Assembly (NCBI GenBank): GCA_044440125.1
Contig: JBITAJ010000012.1
Span: forward strand, 32,001-96,000
Origin: Sedimentisphaeraceae bacterium JB056
GTDB lineage: Bacteria; Planctomycetota; Phycisphaerae; Sedimentisphaerales; Sedimentisphaeraceae
Reading direction: 5' to 3'
Length of the DNA: 64,000 nt
The position numbers were made by a program, and so were the translations under genes. This document shows positions 39,245 to 48,930 of this stretch, piece by piece. The notes below the pieces were generated by a model. It saw only the letters and a list, made by a program, of their open reading frames with translations. It was not told the DNA's origin and did no database searches. Positions within the stretch are counted from its first letter, which is position 1; each line of letters starts with the position of its first letter.

Positions 39245-39369
39245 TATCAGAGCCGCGTACGTCATTAAGCGGGTAGTGCGGTTAATTTTAGAATATGCTT
39301 TATGGATATTGTAGATTTTGATCTGATAGTAAGTACCCTATCTGCTTCCTAACGGGCACAGCTCTGATA
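39245..39369. repeat. Degenerate inverted repeat pair (REPIN/MITE-like)
   Basis: TATCAGAGCCGCGTACGTCATTAAGCGGGTAG (39245-39276) versus the reverse complement of 39338-39369, TATCAGAGCTGTGCCCGTTAGGAAGCAGATAG. Confidence 0.6.
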
Positions 39370-39619
39370 GTTTAACTTTTATCTTATCATGCACATATAT
39401 GATTTAGTGATTCTTATGATTTAATTGACGATGAGTTTAGGATTGGTATCATAAGGTTGGTATTGTGGGTGGCTAAATTATTATGATTCATTAATGAGAG
39501 TTGCTCACAGAAAAACAGAAGAACATGCTGAAGCGATTATTCAAAAAGATATGGATAAATTAAGTAGATAACTCTAAAAGAGGTTTAAGTAACCTGCTTG
39601 TTTTAATTAGGAATTATGA

Positions 39620-40417
39620 ATGTGTTCAAAGATTAAAGATACTAAAGATTGGATTTGTAAACATGTTGCAATAACTCTATTTATGGTAGTTGCATTTGTT
39701 GTGCTGCTGATTATGGGGTGGCTTTCTTATCCAAAAGATACGGAGTTTGATTTTGTTATAGCATGGGCTGCTCTTTTTGGCGGTATTGGTGGGATTGGTT
39801 CTTTGGTAACAAAAAATGAAGCTTTAAAACAAAATGACAATGCAAGGCTGAGCGATTCTCGTCAGGAGAGGCTGGCTTTGATTGCGTCTGATGTTCTCGA
39901 AAAGACTTATCTGGTACACCGAGCGATAACCAATATAACCTCTCCACTTTCATTTAAGGAAGAAGGCATTAAAACTACTGATGAAAAGGGTGAAGAGGTT
40001 AAAATAGAAAAAACTGACTTATCACAAGCAGAGATTTTTGCATATCGATTTCAAAAACATGATAAACTCTTTTCGAATTACTTTTCTTTAGACATCAAGG
40101 CAAAGGTGTATTTTAATAACGAGGTATATCAAAATATTCAAGATATGAAATCTGTTATTATTTTTATACGTTGTCATATAACCACATTATTAAGATATAC
40201 AAAAAAAGCGATTGAACAAAATCTTGCAGAGAATACCAAACAAATGCAACAGATAGAAGATGAAATTGAAGCTTTCTATAGTCCTGGTTTTGTGAATGAA
40301 TTGTTCGAAGAAAAGACTTCTTCTTCTTTTCAAAAAAATATAGAGACATTTAATACTGTATGTAAAAAACTGGAATTAGAGCTTAGTGGATATATAAGAG
40401 GAAAAGAAATTGACTAA
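39620..40417 (+). CDS. Hypothetical protein, two N-terminal TM helices plus helical domain
   Basis: 265-aa ORF with AGGA RBS in the AT-rich insert. Confidence 0.65.
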   Translation: MCSKIKDTKDWICKHVAITLFMVVAFVVLLIMGWLSYPKDTEFDFVIAWAALFGGIGGIGSLVTKNEALKQNDNARLSDSRQERLALIASDVLEKTYLVHRAITNITSPLSFKEEGIKTTDEKGEEVKIEKTDLSQAEIFAYRFQKHDKLFSNYFSLDIKAKVYFNNEVYQNIQDMKSVIIFIRCHITTLLRYTKKAIEQNLAENTKQMQQIEDEIEAFYSPGFVNELFEEKTSSSFQKNIETFNTVCKKLELELSGYIRGKEID

Positions 40418-40453
40418 ACAAAAAACGGACAATTATTTAAAGGAGTTGGTGTT

Positions 40454-40670
40454 ATGATAAAGAATGATGCAGAAAAACAGATAATTTTGGAATGGGTAAA
40501 TTGGAAAAACTAATAATATAACAAGCCCGTCTTACAATAACAAAGATGAGTTTTATCGTCACCGTCTTCAAAAAGTAACGCCTCAGTTGCTTACATTTCG
40601 AGTTGGTCGTGGATGTGATAAATGGCAAGATGTTCAGGCATGGATAAATGATTATGAAAACAAAAATTAA
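40454..40670 (+). pseudogene. Frameshifted small hypothetical gene (~71 aa if repaired)
   Basis: AAGGAG RBS; MIKNDAEKQIILEWVNWK, then an A5 run; the +1 frame stays open for 53 codons (…LQKVTPQLLTFRVGRGCDKWQDVQAWINDYENKN*). Confidence 0.55.
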
Positions 40671-40801
40671 TGATAGTTAAAGACAGATGGATTTATCGAT
40701 TAAGGATTTTAACGGCTGAATTAAACATGTTAAATTAATGGAGAGTTGTAGAATATGAATGCATATAAGCAAATGAGACTGTATTTGAAGGGGATATATT
40801 A

Positions 40802-41455
40802 ATGGAAACATGGCAGATGATTTTAGTGTTAGTTGTTATTGCTATTGTTGGACTTGTTTCTGAATATCACCAGATTAGAAAGAAACGTAAGAAGCTCAAG
40901 TTGGTTCAGGAGTTTCTGGGAAATTTTGATGAATGGTGTAGTTCTCAATGGAATGACAAACAACTTTATAATTGGATGATTAGTAAGTCTGAAATAATTC
41001 AAAAACAATTAGGTTATTCAGGCCTTATTGATTTACGTCTTCCTTTTGAGAAAGGCTATCATAAAAATTATCCTATAATACTAAATTCTATTCCTGCAAT
41101 TCAACGAGGGATATCAGATTTATATCTGAATAAAGAAGAAGTTGCAACTTATTGTCAAATGGTGGATGGTTGCCTTAGGCGTTTTATTGGTTCAAGAGAA
41201 GAATATATTAGTTATAGATTAAAGAAATTATATAATCCATTAAGTTTGTTTTGTAATGGTATTGGCGTAATTCTTGCTATTCCTGTCTATATGTTAGAAG
41301 AGTGTAAAATAATCAGTCCGAATAGATCTGAATTAATTACTGAGAGTAATTTTTTTGGTTTTATAAACTTAATAGCTTCATTAGTAACAATAGTAAGTGG
41401 ATCTATGGTTATTGTATTGGGTTGGGATAAATTTGTTCAGATTATAGGTTTTTAG
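40802..41455 (+). CDS. Hypothetical membrane protein
   Basis: 217-aa ORF with N- and C-terminal hydrophobic helices; AT-rich. Confidence 0.7.
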   Translation: METWQMILVLVVIAIVGLVSEYHQIRKKRKKLKLVQEFLGNFDEWCSSQWNDKQLYNWMISKSEIIQKQLGYSGLIDLRLPFEKGYHKNYPIILNSIPAIQRGISDLYLNKEEVATYCQMVDGCLRRFIGSREEYISYRLKKLYNPLSLFCNGIGVILAIPVYMLEECKIISPNRSELITESNFFGFINLIASLVTIVSGSMVIVLGWDKFVQIIGF

Positions 41456-41458
41456 ATC

Positions 41459-42208
41459 ATGAATATTAATACCAAAAACATGGATTTCTATCAAATACTT
41501 GAGTTGCATCCATACATGGATATAAAAGAACAATTTGAGGAAATAAAAGATGTTATTAATCTTTTACATGACAAACGTAAAGAGCTATATGGGAAAATAG
41601 AATCGATAAAAGTGTGCAAAAGTAGTTGTGAAGAAGCTAACTTAAATGGCATACAATATAAATCTGCTTACAAAGATATTGCTTGTAGTATGGCTGCTGT
41701 GGGTTTATTAGCACCATTTTTTGAGAGTTTATTTTCTCGTTCATTTGAATACATGCGTGATCAAGATGCTAATAGTCAGACAAGTAAACACAATAGATGG
41801 ATTTGCGCTAAGGAAAACAGTTGGGACTGTCATTATTATTTTGGAAAAAGCAATCATCCACAAAAGAATATTACAAAAGGCATAATACAGTTAGTAGAAG
41901 CAACTAACTTAAAAGATAGATTCCCTAATAATTTAGAAAGTATATTGTCCGCTCTTTTTGCTTATCGTAACAAAATGTTTGATGGGGGATATGAATGGGA
42001 GTTAAAGGATAGAGAAAAATTTTGGAAGCGTGTTGAAGAAAAATGGAATGTTGATAAACGTAAATGGTTTGAAAATGCAACTCAAGGTGATTGTATATGG
42101 ATGATATACATGTCTGATGAATTTATAAATGAGTGTCTTGAATGTATTAAGAAATGTATAACAGAGTTTTCGAGTATCTTTGATGAATTTAAGGGTAACA
42201 GAATTTAA
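41459..42208 (+). CDS. Hypothetical protein, possibly HEPN-like
   Basis: 249-aa ORF 3 bp after the upstream gene; 'APFFESLF' and 'LFAYRNKMFD'. Confidence 0.65.
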   Translation: MNINTKNMDFYQILELHPYMDIKEQFEEIKDVINLLHDKRKELYGKIESIKVCKSSCEEANLNGIQYKSAYKDIACSMAAVGLLAPFFESLFSRSFEYMRDQDANSQTSKHNRWICAKENSWDCHYYFGKSNHPQKNITKGIIQLVEATNLKDRFPNNLESILSALFAYRNKMFDGGYEWELKDREKFWKRVEEKWNVDKRKWFENATQGDCIWMIYMSDEFINECLECIKKCITEFSSIFDEFKGNRI

Positions 42209-42498
42209 TGACCATGTCTCTTTTTTGCAACATAAAGGATTTTTTATAAAAAAGATACGTGTTTCTTTGATTGAAGTATTGGTGGAGCGGATGAATTACT
42301 GACCTGCGGAAGACTGTTAAGCATTGGGGTCAATCTTTCATTGTGTTTGTTTTTGCCCGCTCCTTAGCAGCCAGAGGTACTGTTGGAGATGGGTAGTGAT
42401 TGGGTTTAATCCAAAGCGGTTTTGTGCTATTGCTTTCAACCGCAGTCCCAAAGGGGTGTTGCCGTATTCTATTGATATTAGATTGGTGTGTGTTGTTG

Positions 42499-42526
42499 GC
42501 AGGGGCACGGCATGCCATGCCCCTAC
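42499..42526. repeat. GTAG-class REP-like palindrome (degenerate)
   Basis: GCAGGGGCACGGCATGCCATGCCCCTAC. Confidence 0.7.
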
Positions 42527-42702
42527 ATGCGGAACTGATATGATTAATGGTGTAGAGTTCATGAAAGCCATTTCAGGTTCAATTACCTGAAAAATTTCTT
42601 TGGTCTTTTTGTTCTGATTTGCCTTTTGTGGTGGTTTCTGGTAGAATTCCGGGTTTTATGTTGTATGTAGCTATAACTAATTTGAGACATTAAGGATACA
42701 CA

Positions 42703-43977
42703 ATGAATGTATTATTGGTAGGCAGCGGCGGTCGTGAGCATGCGATTGCCTGGAAACTTAGCCAGAGCAAGTCTTTGACCAAGCTCTACATGGCTCCAGG
42801 TAATCCGGGAATGGCGAAATTCGGCCCAACTGTTGATATTGATGTGAACGATACTGAAAAACTCGTTAAGTTCGCTAAAGACAATGCTATAGAGCTTGTT
42901 GTAGTCGGCCCTGAAGACCCGCTTGCAGGCGGTCTTGTAGATGCTGTTGAGGCTGCAGGAATCAAGGCATTTGGTCCAAGCAAGGCAGCGGCTCAGCTTG
43001 AAGCCGACAAAGCTTTTGCCAAGAGAATCATGAAGGATAATTCTATCCCGACAGCCGAGGCACACGCTTTTACCGATTTTGAAGATGCGAAGGCGTATAT
43101 CGCTTCACGTGAGGATGGGCTTGTTATCAAGGCAGCCGGTCTTGCTAAGGGTAAGGGCGTTTATGTATGTGATGAGCCGTCAGAAGCTATCAATATTGCT
43201 GAGCAGATCATGTGCGATAAGCTTTATGGCGATGCCGGCGACACAATCATCGTTGAAGAGAAGCTTGTTGGCGAAGAAGCATCTATTCTTGCTTTCGTTG
43301 ACGGCCGTAATATATATGTAATGGAAAGCTCACAGGATCATAAGCCTATCGGTGATGGTGATACTGGTCCAAATACCGGCGGTATGGGAGCTTACAGCCC
43401 GGCGCCTGTTGTTACAGACGAGCTGATGGATAAGATAACACGTGAGGTTCTGGTATCAGTTGTTGACGGTATGAACCGCAACGGCACACCATACAAGGGC
43501 ATTTTGTATGCCGGTATCATGGTGACAAATACAGGCCCGAAAGTGCTTGAATTCAATGTAAGGCTTGGCGATCCTGAAACACAGCCGGTACTTATGAGAC
43601 TCAAAAGCGATCTGCTTGAGATAATGCTTGCTGTTTGTGAAGGTAAGCTTGATAAGATTGAGCTTGAGTGGGATGATCGCCCTGCGATTTGTGTTGTAAT
43701 GTCTTCAGGCGGATATCCTGGAGATTACGAAAAGGGCAAGGTTATCACCGGTCTTGATGAAGCAGCGAAGATGGAAGACGTTTATGTGTTCCATGCCGGT
43801 ACTGCACTTAAGGACAACAAGATTGTAACTAACGGTGGACGTGTTCTTGGCGTTACAGCAATGGGCAGCGATGTTGCGGCTGCTAAAGCAAGAGCATACG
43901 AGGCAGTTGATGTTATAAAATTCGAAGGCGCGTATTGCCGAAAAGATATTGCTGATAAAGCAATAAACAGAAAATAA
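42703..43977 (+). CDS. purD: Phosphoribosylamine--glycine ligase
   Basis: 'GSGGREHA', 'GLAKGKGV', 'GPNTGGMGAYSP', 'EFNVRLGDPETQ', 'TNGGRVL'. Confidence 0.98.
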   Translation: MNVLLVGSGGREHAIAWKLSQSKSLTKLYMAPGNPGMAKFGPTVDIDVNDTEKLVKFAKDNAIELVVVGPEDPLAGGLVDAVEAAGIKAFGPSKAAAQLEADKAFAKRIMKDNSIPTAEAHAFTDFEDAKAYIASREDGLVIKAAGLAKGKGVYVCDEPSEAINIAEQIMCDKLYGDAGDTIIVEEKLVGEEASILAFVDGRNIYVMESSQDHKPIGDGDTGPNTGGMGAYSPAPVVTDELMDKITREVLVSVVDGMNRNGTPYKGILYAGIMVTNTGPKVLEFNVRLGDPETQPVLMRLKSDLLEIMLAVCEGKLDKIELEWDDRPAICVVMSSGGYPGDYEKGKVITGLDEAAKMEDVYVFHAGTALKDNKIVTNGGRVLGVTAMGSDVAAAKARAYEAVDVIKFEGAYCRKDIADKAINRK

Positions 43978-43985
43978 TGCCTTAA

Positions 43986-44014
43986 AGGCGAATCGGAAAT
44001 GTTCCGGTTCGCCT
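43986..44014. other. Intergenic hairpin
   Basis: AGGCGAATCGGAA-ATG-TTCCGGTTCGCCT. Confidence 0.5.
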
Positions 44015-44037
44015 CCGGCTTTAGGTGGGGCTTAAAA

Positions 44038-45048
44038 ATGCAGATGGAAAAGGAAATAGTTGATATTTCAATTGTGATACCTCTATTAAACGAGGAGGAT
44101 AATCTCCATCAACTGCATCAGGAAATAACAGATACGCTCAAAGGGCCGCTTTCTGATAAAAGCTACGAAATTATCTTTGTTGATGATGGCAGCAGAGATG
44201 CGAGTTTTGAGATATTGAAAAAGATTTCGGCGGGTGATTCTTGTGTAAGAGTTATCAGGTTCAGGCGTAACTTTGGCCAGACGGCCGCAATGAGCGCGGG
44301 TTTTGAACATGCCAGAGGCCATGTGATTATTCCGATGGATGCTGATTTGCAAAATGATCCTGCAGATATACCGATGCTGCTCAAAAGACTTGATGATGGG
44401 TTCGATATAGTCAGCGGATGGAGACGTAATAGACAAGACAAGGCAATTACAAGGAGACTTCCTTCGCAAATAGCCAACTATATTATCAGGCGTATCACTT
44501 TTGTTAACATCCATGATTTTGGGTGTACGCTCAAGGCCTATCGGCGAGAGGTGCTTCAGGAGACCAAGCTTTACGGTGAGATGCATCGTTTTATACCGGC
44601 AGTAGCCACATGGAGCGGTGCCAGAGTTACAGAGCTTGAAGTTAACCACAGGGCAAGGGTTGCAGGCAAAGCCAAATATGGTCTTGCAAGAACTTACAAA
44701 GTGGTTCTTGATCTTATAACCGTGAAATTTCTTGGTTCATATTCAACAAAGCCGCTTTATGTTTTTGGAAAAATGGGCTTCTTTTCGGCTATTCTGTCAT
44801 TTCTTCTTTTTATTGTCGTAGTCTATCAGAAAATTGCCGCAGATTTTTCAATGAACAGAAATCCGCTACTTGTTCTTGCGGCAATGATGTTTACAGCCTC
44901 AATACAATTCATTATGATGGGATTGCTTGCCGAATTGCTGGTAAGAACTTACCATGAATCACAGAACCGTCCGACTTATGTGATAAAAGAGATAATTGAG
45001 GGGACAAACACCGATGAGGATACTGCTTCCGATAAAACAGGTGCCTGA
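44038..45048 (+). CDS. GT2 polyprenyl-phosphate glycosyltransferase (GtrB/ArnC-like)
   Basis: 'VDDGSRD', 'RNFGQTAA', 'MDADLQNDP', 'GEMHRFIP', two C-terminal TM helices. Confidence 0.93.
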   Translation: MQMEKEIVDISIVIPLLNEEDNLHQLHQEITDTLKGPLSDKSYEIIFVDDGSRDASFEILKKISAGDSCVRVIRFRRNFGQTAAMSAGFEHARGHVIIPMDADLQNDPADIPMLLKRLDDGFDIVSGWRRNRQDKAITRRLPSQIANYIIRRITFVNIHDFGCTLKAYRREVLQETKLYGEMHRFIPAVATWSGARVTELEVNHRARVAGKAKYGLARTYKVVLDLITVKFLGSYSTKPLYVFGKMGFFSAILSFLLFIVVVYQKIAADFSMNRNPLLVLAAMMFTASIQFIMMGLLAELLVRTYHESQNRPTYVIKEIIEGTNTDEDTASDKTGA

Positions 45049-45808
45049 GGTTCGTAATGTACGAATGGATGAGAAGACCGGAACGGTAATCCGTGAAGGT
45101 GTTGAAGCGATAATCAATCCCCTTGATCTTTACGCAATTGAGCTTGCCATACGTTTGAAGGAAGATTACGGAGCCCAAATCACAGCGATTACCATGGGCC
45201 CTGCCAAGGCAGATATTGCTTTGCGTGAGGCGGTTGCGATGGGGGTTGATAATGCGGTTTTGATAAGTGACAAGGCTTTTGCCGGTTCTGATACGTGGGC
45301 AACGAGTTTCATTCTCTCTGAATCAATCAAACAGCTTGGCGAATTTGACCTTATAATATGCGGTGAACGCGCGGTTGATGGTGATACGGGGCAGGTTGGT
45401 CCGGGGATCTCGGCATTTCTCGACTTGCCTGTTGCTACATATGTTAGCGAATTGGAAAGCATAGAAGACGGCAAGGCGTATCTTTCAAGAATGCTTGAGG
45501 GCGGTTACGAGAAGCTGGAGCTTAAATTGCCCGCGGTCTTGACTGTCGTAAAAGAAGTTTCCAATCCCAGGCTTCCCACGTTACGAGGCAAAAAGAAAAG
45601 CCGGCTGATGGATGTTCCCCTTTTGAGCCAGAAAGAGCTCAATTTAATCCCGGAATCAATCGGCCTGAAGGGTTCACCAACAAAAGTAGTGAAAATAACC
45701 AAGCCCAAAGTTGCCAGAGAATGCCAACTATACAAAATTATCGATGAACAGTCGGCTCATGCGGCGGCAGATGCGTTCTGTGAGTTTGTAAAGGAGGCTG
45801 GGTGCTGA
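45014..45808 (+). CDS. etfB: Electron transfer flavoprotein beta subunit
   Basis: 'IKQVP', 'INPLD', 'AGSDTWATS', 'CGERAVDGDTGQVGP', 'GLKGSPT'. Confidence 0.95.
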   Translation: MRILLPIKQVPEVRNVRMDEKTGTVIREGVEAIINPLDLYAIELAIRLKEDYGAQITAITMGPAKADIALREAVAMGVDNAVLISDKAFAGSDTWATSFILSESIKQLGEFDLIICGERAVDGDTGQVGPGISAFLDLPVATYVSELESIEDGKAYLSRMLEGGYEKLELKLPAVLTVVKEVSNPRLPTLRGKKKSRLMDVPLLSQKELNLIPESIGLKGSPTKVVKITKPKVARECQLYKIIDEQSAHAAADAFCEFVKEAGC

Positions 45809-46821
45809 TCAAAACTGCAAACGGAAATAGCGGCGGGATATGGATACTCGCCGAGCAGAGCGGCGGGGTGATTGAGCCGGTAAGCTATGAGCTTCTTACC
45901 AGAGCAATACTGCTTGCCGAGAAGAACAATGCTGAAATATACGCGATGGTTTTGGACCGCAAGCTGGAAGATTCGGAACTGAATAAGCTTATAAGCCGCG
46001 GCGCGGATATCGTGGTTGCTACTGAAGATGAATTGCTTGATTATTTTATTGCCGAAGCCTTTTCGCAGGCGATGTCAGAGATTATTGAAGTTTTTAAGCC
46101 TGAGATACTGCTTGCCGGCGCTACCAGTACGGGCAGAACGGCGATGCCTCTTACTGCAGTGAAAGTAAATACCGGACTCACTGCTGATTGTACAATCCTT
46201 GATATCGACACCGAAAGCGGAAATTTGCTTCAAACACGTCCTGCCATTGGCGGTAATATACTTGCCACCATAAAGACTCCAGACCACCGACCTCAAATGG
46301 CAACAATCAGGCCTCACTCAACACCGCAGGCTCCAGAGCAGAGCGGACGAAGCGGACGCATAATAAGGTATGAACTCCAAAGCGAGCTGAAAAATGATGC
46401 CATAAAGAGAATCGGGTTTGAGCCTAATCGTGAAAAAGTTGCCGTTATTGATGCCGAGAGGGTCGTTGTTGCCGGTCGCGGGATAAAGAAGGCGGAGAAT
46501 ATGTCGCTTGTGTATGAACTGGCGGAAGCTCTGGGAGCGGCAGTCGGTGGAACAAGGGATGTTGTTGACAGGGGCTGGCTTAGCTATCCGCACCAGATTG
46601 GTCTCAGCGGACATACTATAAGCCCTAAGCTTTATGTTGGGCTTGGAGTTTCCGGTGCAATCCAGCATTTGGCAGGTATGCAGACGGCTGAGAAAATAAT
46701 CGTTATAAATAATGATCCGATGGCTGATATTTTCAAGGTTGCCGATGTTGGTATTGTGGGCGATTTGTTTAATGTCGTTCCTGAAATAATCAGGAAGCTT
46801 AAAGACGGGGGCGAGCTATGA
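45802..46821 (+). CDS. etfA: Electron transfer flavoprotein alpha subunit
   Basis: 'TGLTADCT', 'RPQMATIRP', 'QIGLSGHTISPKLY', 'SGAIQHLAGM'. Confidence 0.95.
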   Translation: MLIKTANGNSGGIWILAEQSGGVIEPVSYELLTRAILLAEKNNAEIYAMVLDRKLEDSELNKLISRGADIVVATEDELLDYFIAEAFSQAMSEIIEVFKPEILLAGATSTGRTAMPLTAVKVNTGLTADCTILDIDTESGNLLQTRPAIGGNILATIKTPDHRPQMATIRPHSTPQAPEQSGRSGRIIRYELQSELKNDAIKRIGFEPNREKVAVIDAERVVVAGRGIKKAENMSLVYELAEALGAAVGGTRDVVDRGWLSYPHQIGLSGHTISPKLYVGLGVSGAIQHLAGMQTAEKIIVINNDPMADIFKVADVGIVGDLFNVVPEIIRKLKDGGEL

Positions 46822-48236
46822 CCGGCTACAATCATATTACGCCGCAGATAATCGAAGAGCTGGAAAAGATTGTCGGTTCTGAGTATGTGATTTATGGTGA
46901 TGTTGATAAGCTCGAGCCGTATTCGCATGATGAAGTGCCCGGCGCCGAATACAGGCATATGCCTGAGGTGGTTGTCAGGCCGAGAACTGCTCAGGAAATT
47001 TCAGCGATTATGAAGCTTGCCAATGCTGAGATGATTCCGGTAACGCCTCGCGGCGCAGGTTCGGGGCTTAGCGGTGGTGCGGTTCCGATTTATGGCGGAA
47101 TTGTTCTTTTGTGCGACAGGATGAATGAGATACTCGAGTTTGACGCAGAAAATATGATGATTACAGTAGAGCCGGGTATCATATCAAATGAGATTAACGA
47201 ATACCTCAAGCCGCATGGTTTGTTCTATGCAGGGTATCCAATGAGTCTTGAAACTTGCTATATCGGCGGCAATGTGGCGGAGAATGCCGGCGGCGGTAAG
47301 GCGGTAAAGTATGGCGTGACAAATCGTTATGTGCTTGGTATGGAAGTGGTTATGCCAAACGGCGATATTGTTGAATTTGGCGGCAAGCTGATAAAGGATG
47401 TTACCGGCTATAATATGCAGCAGCTTATGACTGGCTCAGAGGGTACGCTTTGTGTATTTACGAAGATAATCCTCAAGCTCCTGCCTTTGCCGGCTCATCA
47501 GGTGGATCTTTTGTGTTTGTTCAAGGATTCCCAGACTGCGATAGAGTCTGTAAGCAAGGTGATGACCGGCGGAATTATACCAACTTCGGTTGAGTATATC
47601 GATAAGACGGCGTTTGTTGCCTCTTGCGAGTATTTGAATGAGACGCTTCCGTATAAGGATGCCGGTGCGATGCTGCTGATTACTATTGATGGTTTCAGTG
47701 AGCAGCAGGTTATAAGTGAGTATGAGGCGGTGGGCGAGAAGTGTCTTGAGCTTGGTGCGATAGAGGTTTATGTTGCTGATAATCCGACGACTACTGAGCG
47801 TGTGTGGAAGATTCGTCGCAATATTGGCGAGGCGTATAATATCATAAGCCGCAGACAGAGCGGGGAGGATATTGTTGTGCCGCCGTCGCAGATACCTCAG
47901 ATGGTGGCTAAGCTTGAGCAGCTTGCAGAGAAATATGGGCTTATGATTCCATGTTTTGGCCATGCCGGTGATGGTAATCTGCATGCAAGGCTGGTTTCTG
48001 ATCCTGCGTGGAGCGATGAATACTGGAAGGAGCTTTTGCCGAAAGTGCTTGAAGAGCTTTATTCGCTTACCGCGAAGCTTGGCGGTCGAATTTCAGGCGA
48101 GCATGGTATTGGAAGCAAACGCAAAAAGTATATGTCGAAAGTAGTCAGCGAAGAGTATCTAAATACTCTGCGGGCAATCAAAAAGGCCCTCGACCCCAAA
48201 GATATCCTGAATCCCGGCAAGATATTTGATGTGTAA
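46818..48236 (+). CDS. FAD-linked 2-hydroxyacid dehydrogenase (GlcD/LctD-like)
   Basis: 'PRGAGSGLSGG', 'IGGNVAENAGG', 'GSEGTL', 'GHAGDGNLH', 'SGEHGIG', 'LNPGK'. Confidence 0.92.
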   Translation: MTGYNHITPQIIEELEKIVGSEYVIYGDVDKLEPYSHDEVPGAEYRHMPEVVVRPRTAQEISAIMKLANAEMIPVTPRGAGSGLSGGAVPIYGGIVLLCDRMNEILEFDAENMMITVEPGIISNEINEYLKPHGLFYAGYPMSLETCYIGGNVAENAGGGKAVKYGVTNRYVLGMEVVMPNGDIVEFGGKLIKDVTGYNMQQLMTGSEGTLCVFTKIILKLLPLPAHQVDLLCLFKDSQTAIESVSKVMTGGIIPTSVEYIDKTAFVASCEYLNETLPYKDAGAMLLITIDGFSEQQVISEYEAVGEKCLELGAIEVYVADNPTTTERVWKIRRNIGEAYNIISRRQSGEDIVVPPSQIPQMVAKLEQLAEKYGLMIPCFGHAGDGNLHARLVSDPAWSDEYWKELLPKVLEELYSLTAKLGGRISGEHGIGSKRKKYMSKVVSEEYLNTLRAIKKALDPKDILNPGKIFDV

Positions 48237-48333
48237 AGACATCATAAGGGGAGTTGCATTTCGGCATTTAGCTTGACTTTTAGTGTTGTTTATAGTACTG
48301 TTAATAATGTGATTAGTAATATTATTAATAGGT

Positions 48334-48594
48334 GTGAAAATGATATCTATAACGTCAAATGAATTGAAAACGAGGGGAGTCTCTGCTATAAAAGGGCTGC
48401 TTAAGGATAATCCCGAAGCCGCTATAACCGTACGTGGCAAGGCTGAATATGTCGTACTGAAGATGGACGATTTTATTCATTACAGAGAACTGGAGCTTGA
48501 ACAGGCACTTTATGAGACTCGCAAGGAAATCAATGAAGGTAAGTTTGCCAAGTCCAGCGTTGAAGAGCATTTAAAGGATATTGGTGATGTATGA
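48334..48594 (+). CDS. Phd/YefM-type antitoxin
   Basis: 'ITSNELKTRGVS...ITVRGKAEYVVL...ELEQALYE'. Confidence 0.85.
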   Translation: MKMISITSNELKTRGVSAIKGLLKDNPEAAITVRGKAEYVVLKMDDFIHYRELELEQALYETRKEINEGKFAKSSVEEHLKDIGDV

Positions 48595-48859
48595 GATTAT
48601 TTATACTCACCGTTATGTAAAACTTGCCAAGAGATTTTTCAAAAAACATCCTGATCTGCTTGAGCGTTACAGAAAGACTCTTCTGCTTCTTGAGGCAGAC
48701 CCTTACCACAAATCACTCCGAATTCATAAGCTTACCGGTCGGCTTGAAGGGATTTTTTCGGTTTCTATCAATATGAAATATCGGATTACAATCGAATTTA
48801 TCATTGATGAAAAGACCATAATTCCTGTAAGTATTGGCTCTCACTCTGAAATTTATTGA
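48581..48859 (+). CDS. RelE/YafQ-type toxin
   Basis: 'DPYHKSLRIHKLTGRLEGIFSVSINMKYRI...IGSHSEIY'. Confidence 0.88.
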   Translation: MVMYEIIYTHRYVKLAKRFFKKHPDLLERYRKTLLLLEADPYHKSLRIHKLTGRLEGIFSVSINMKYRITIEFIIDEKTIIPVSIGSHSEIY

Positions 48860-48930
48860 TTTTTTAATCTAACATTTTGCAGCTTAAAAAGCCTATTCTG
48901 AGAGTTTTAATTGAAATCAGGGGGTAAGTA

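Noticed and set aside
39455..39571. Short open frame ending ...IQKDMDKLSR*
   Set aside because: No convincing start or recognisable similarity; at most a gene remnant
38548..42530. Integron cassette array
   Set aside because: No integrase, and no attC sites with RYYYAAC/GTTRRRY ends could be identified by eye
42324..42590. Short ORFs on both strands over the REP-like palindrome
   Set aside because: No RBS or motifs; they overlap a repeat
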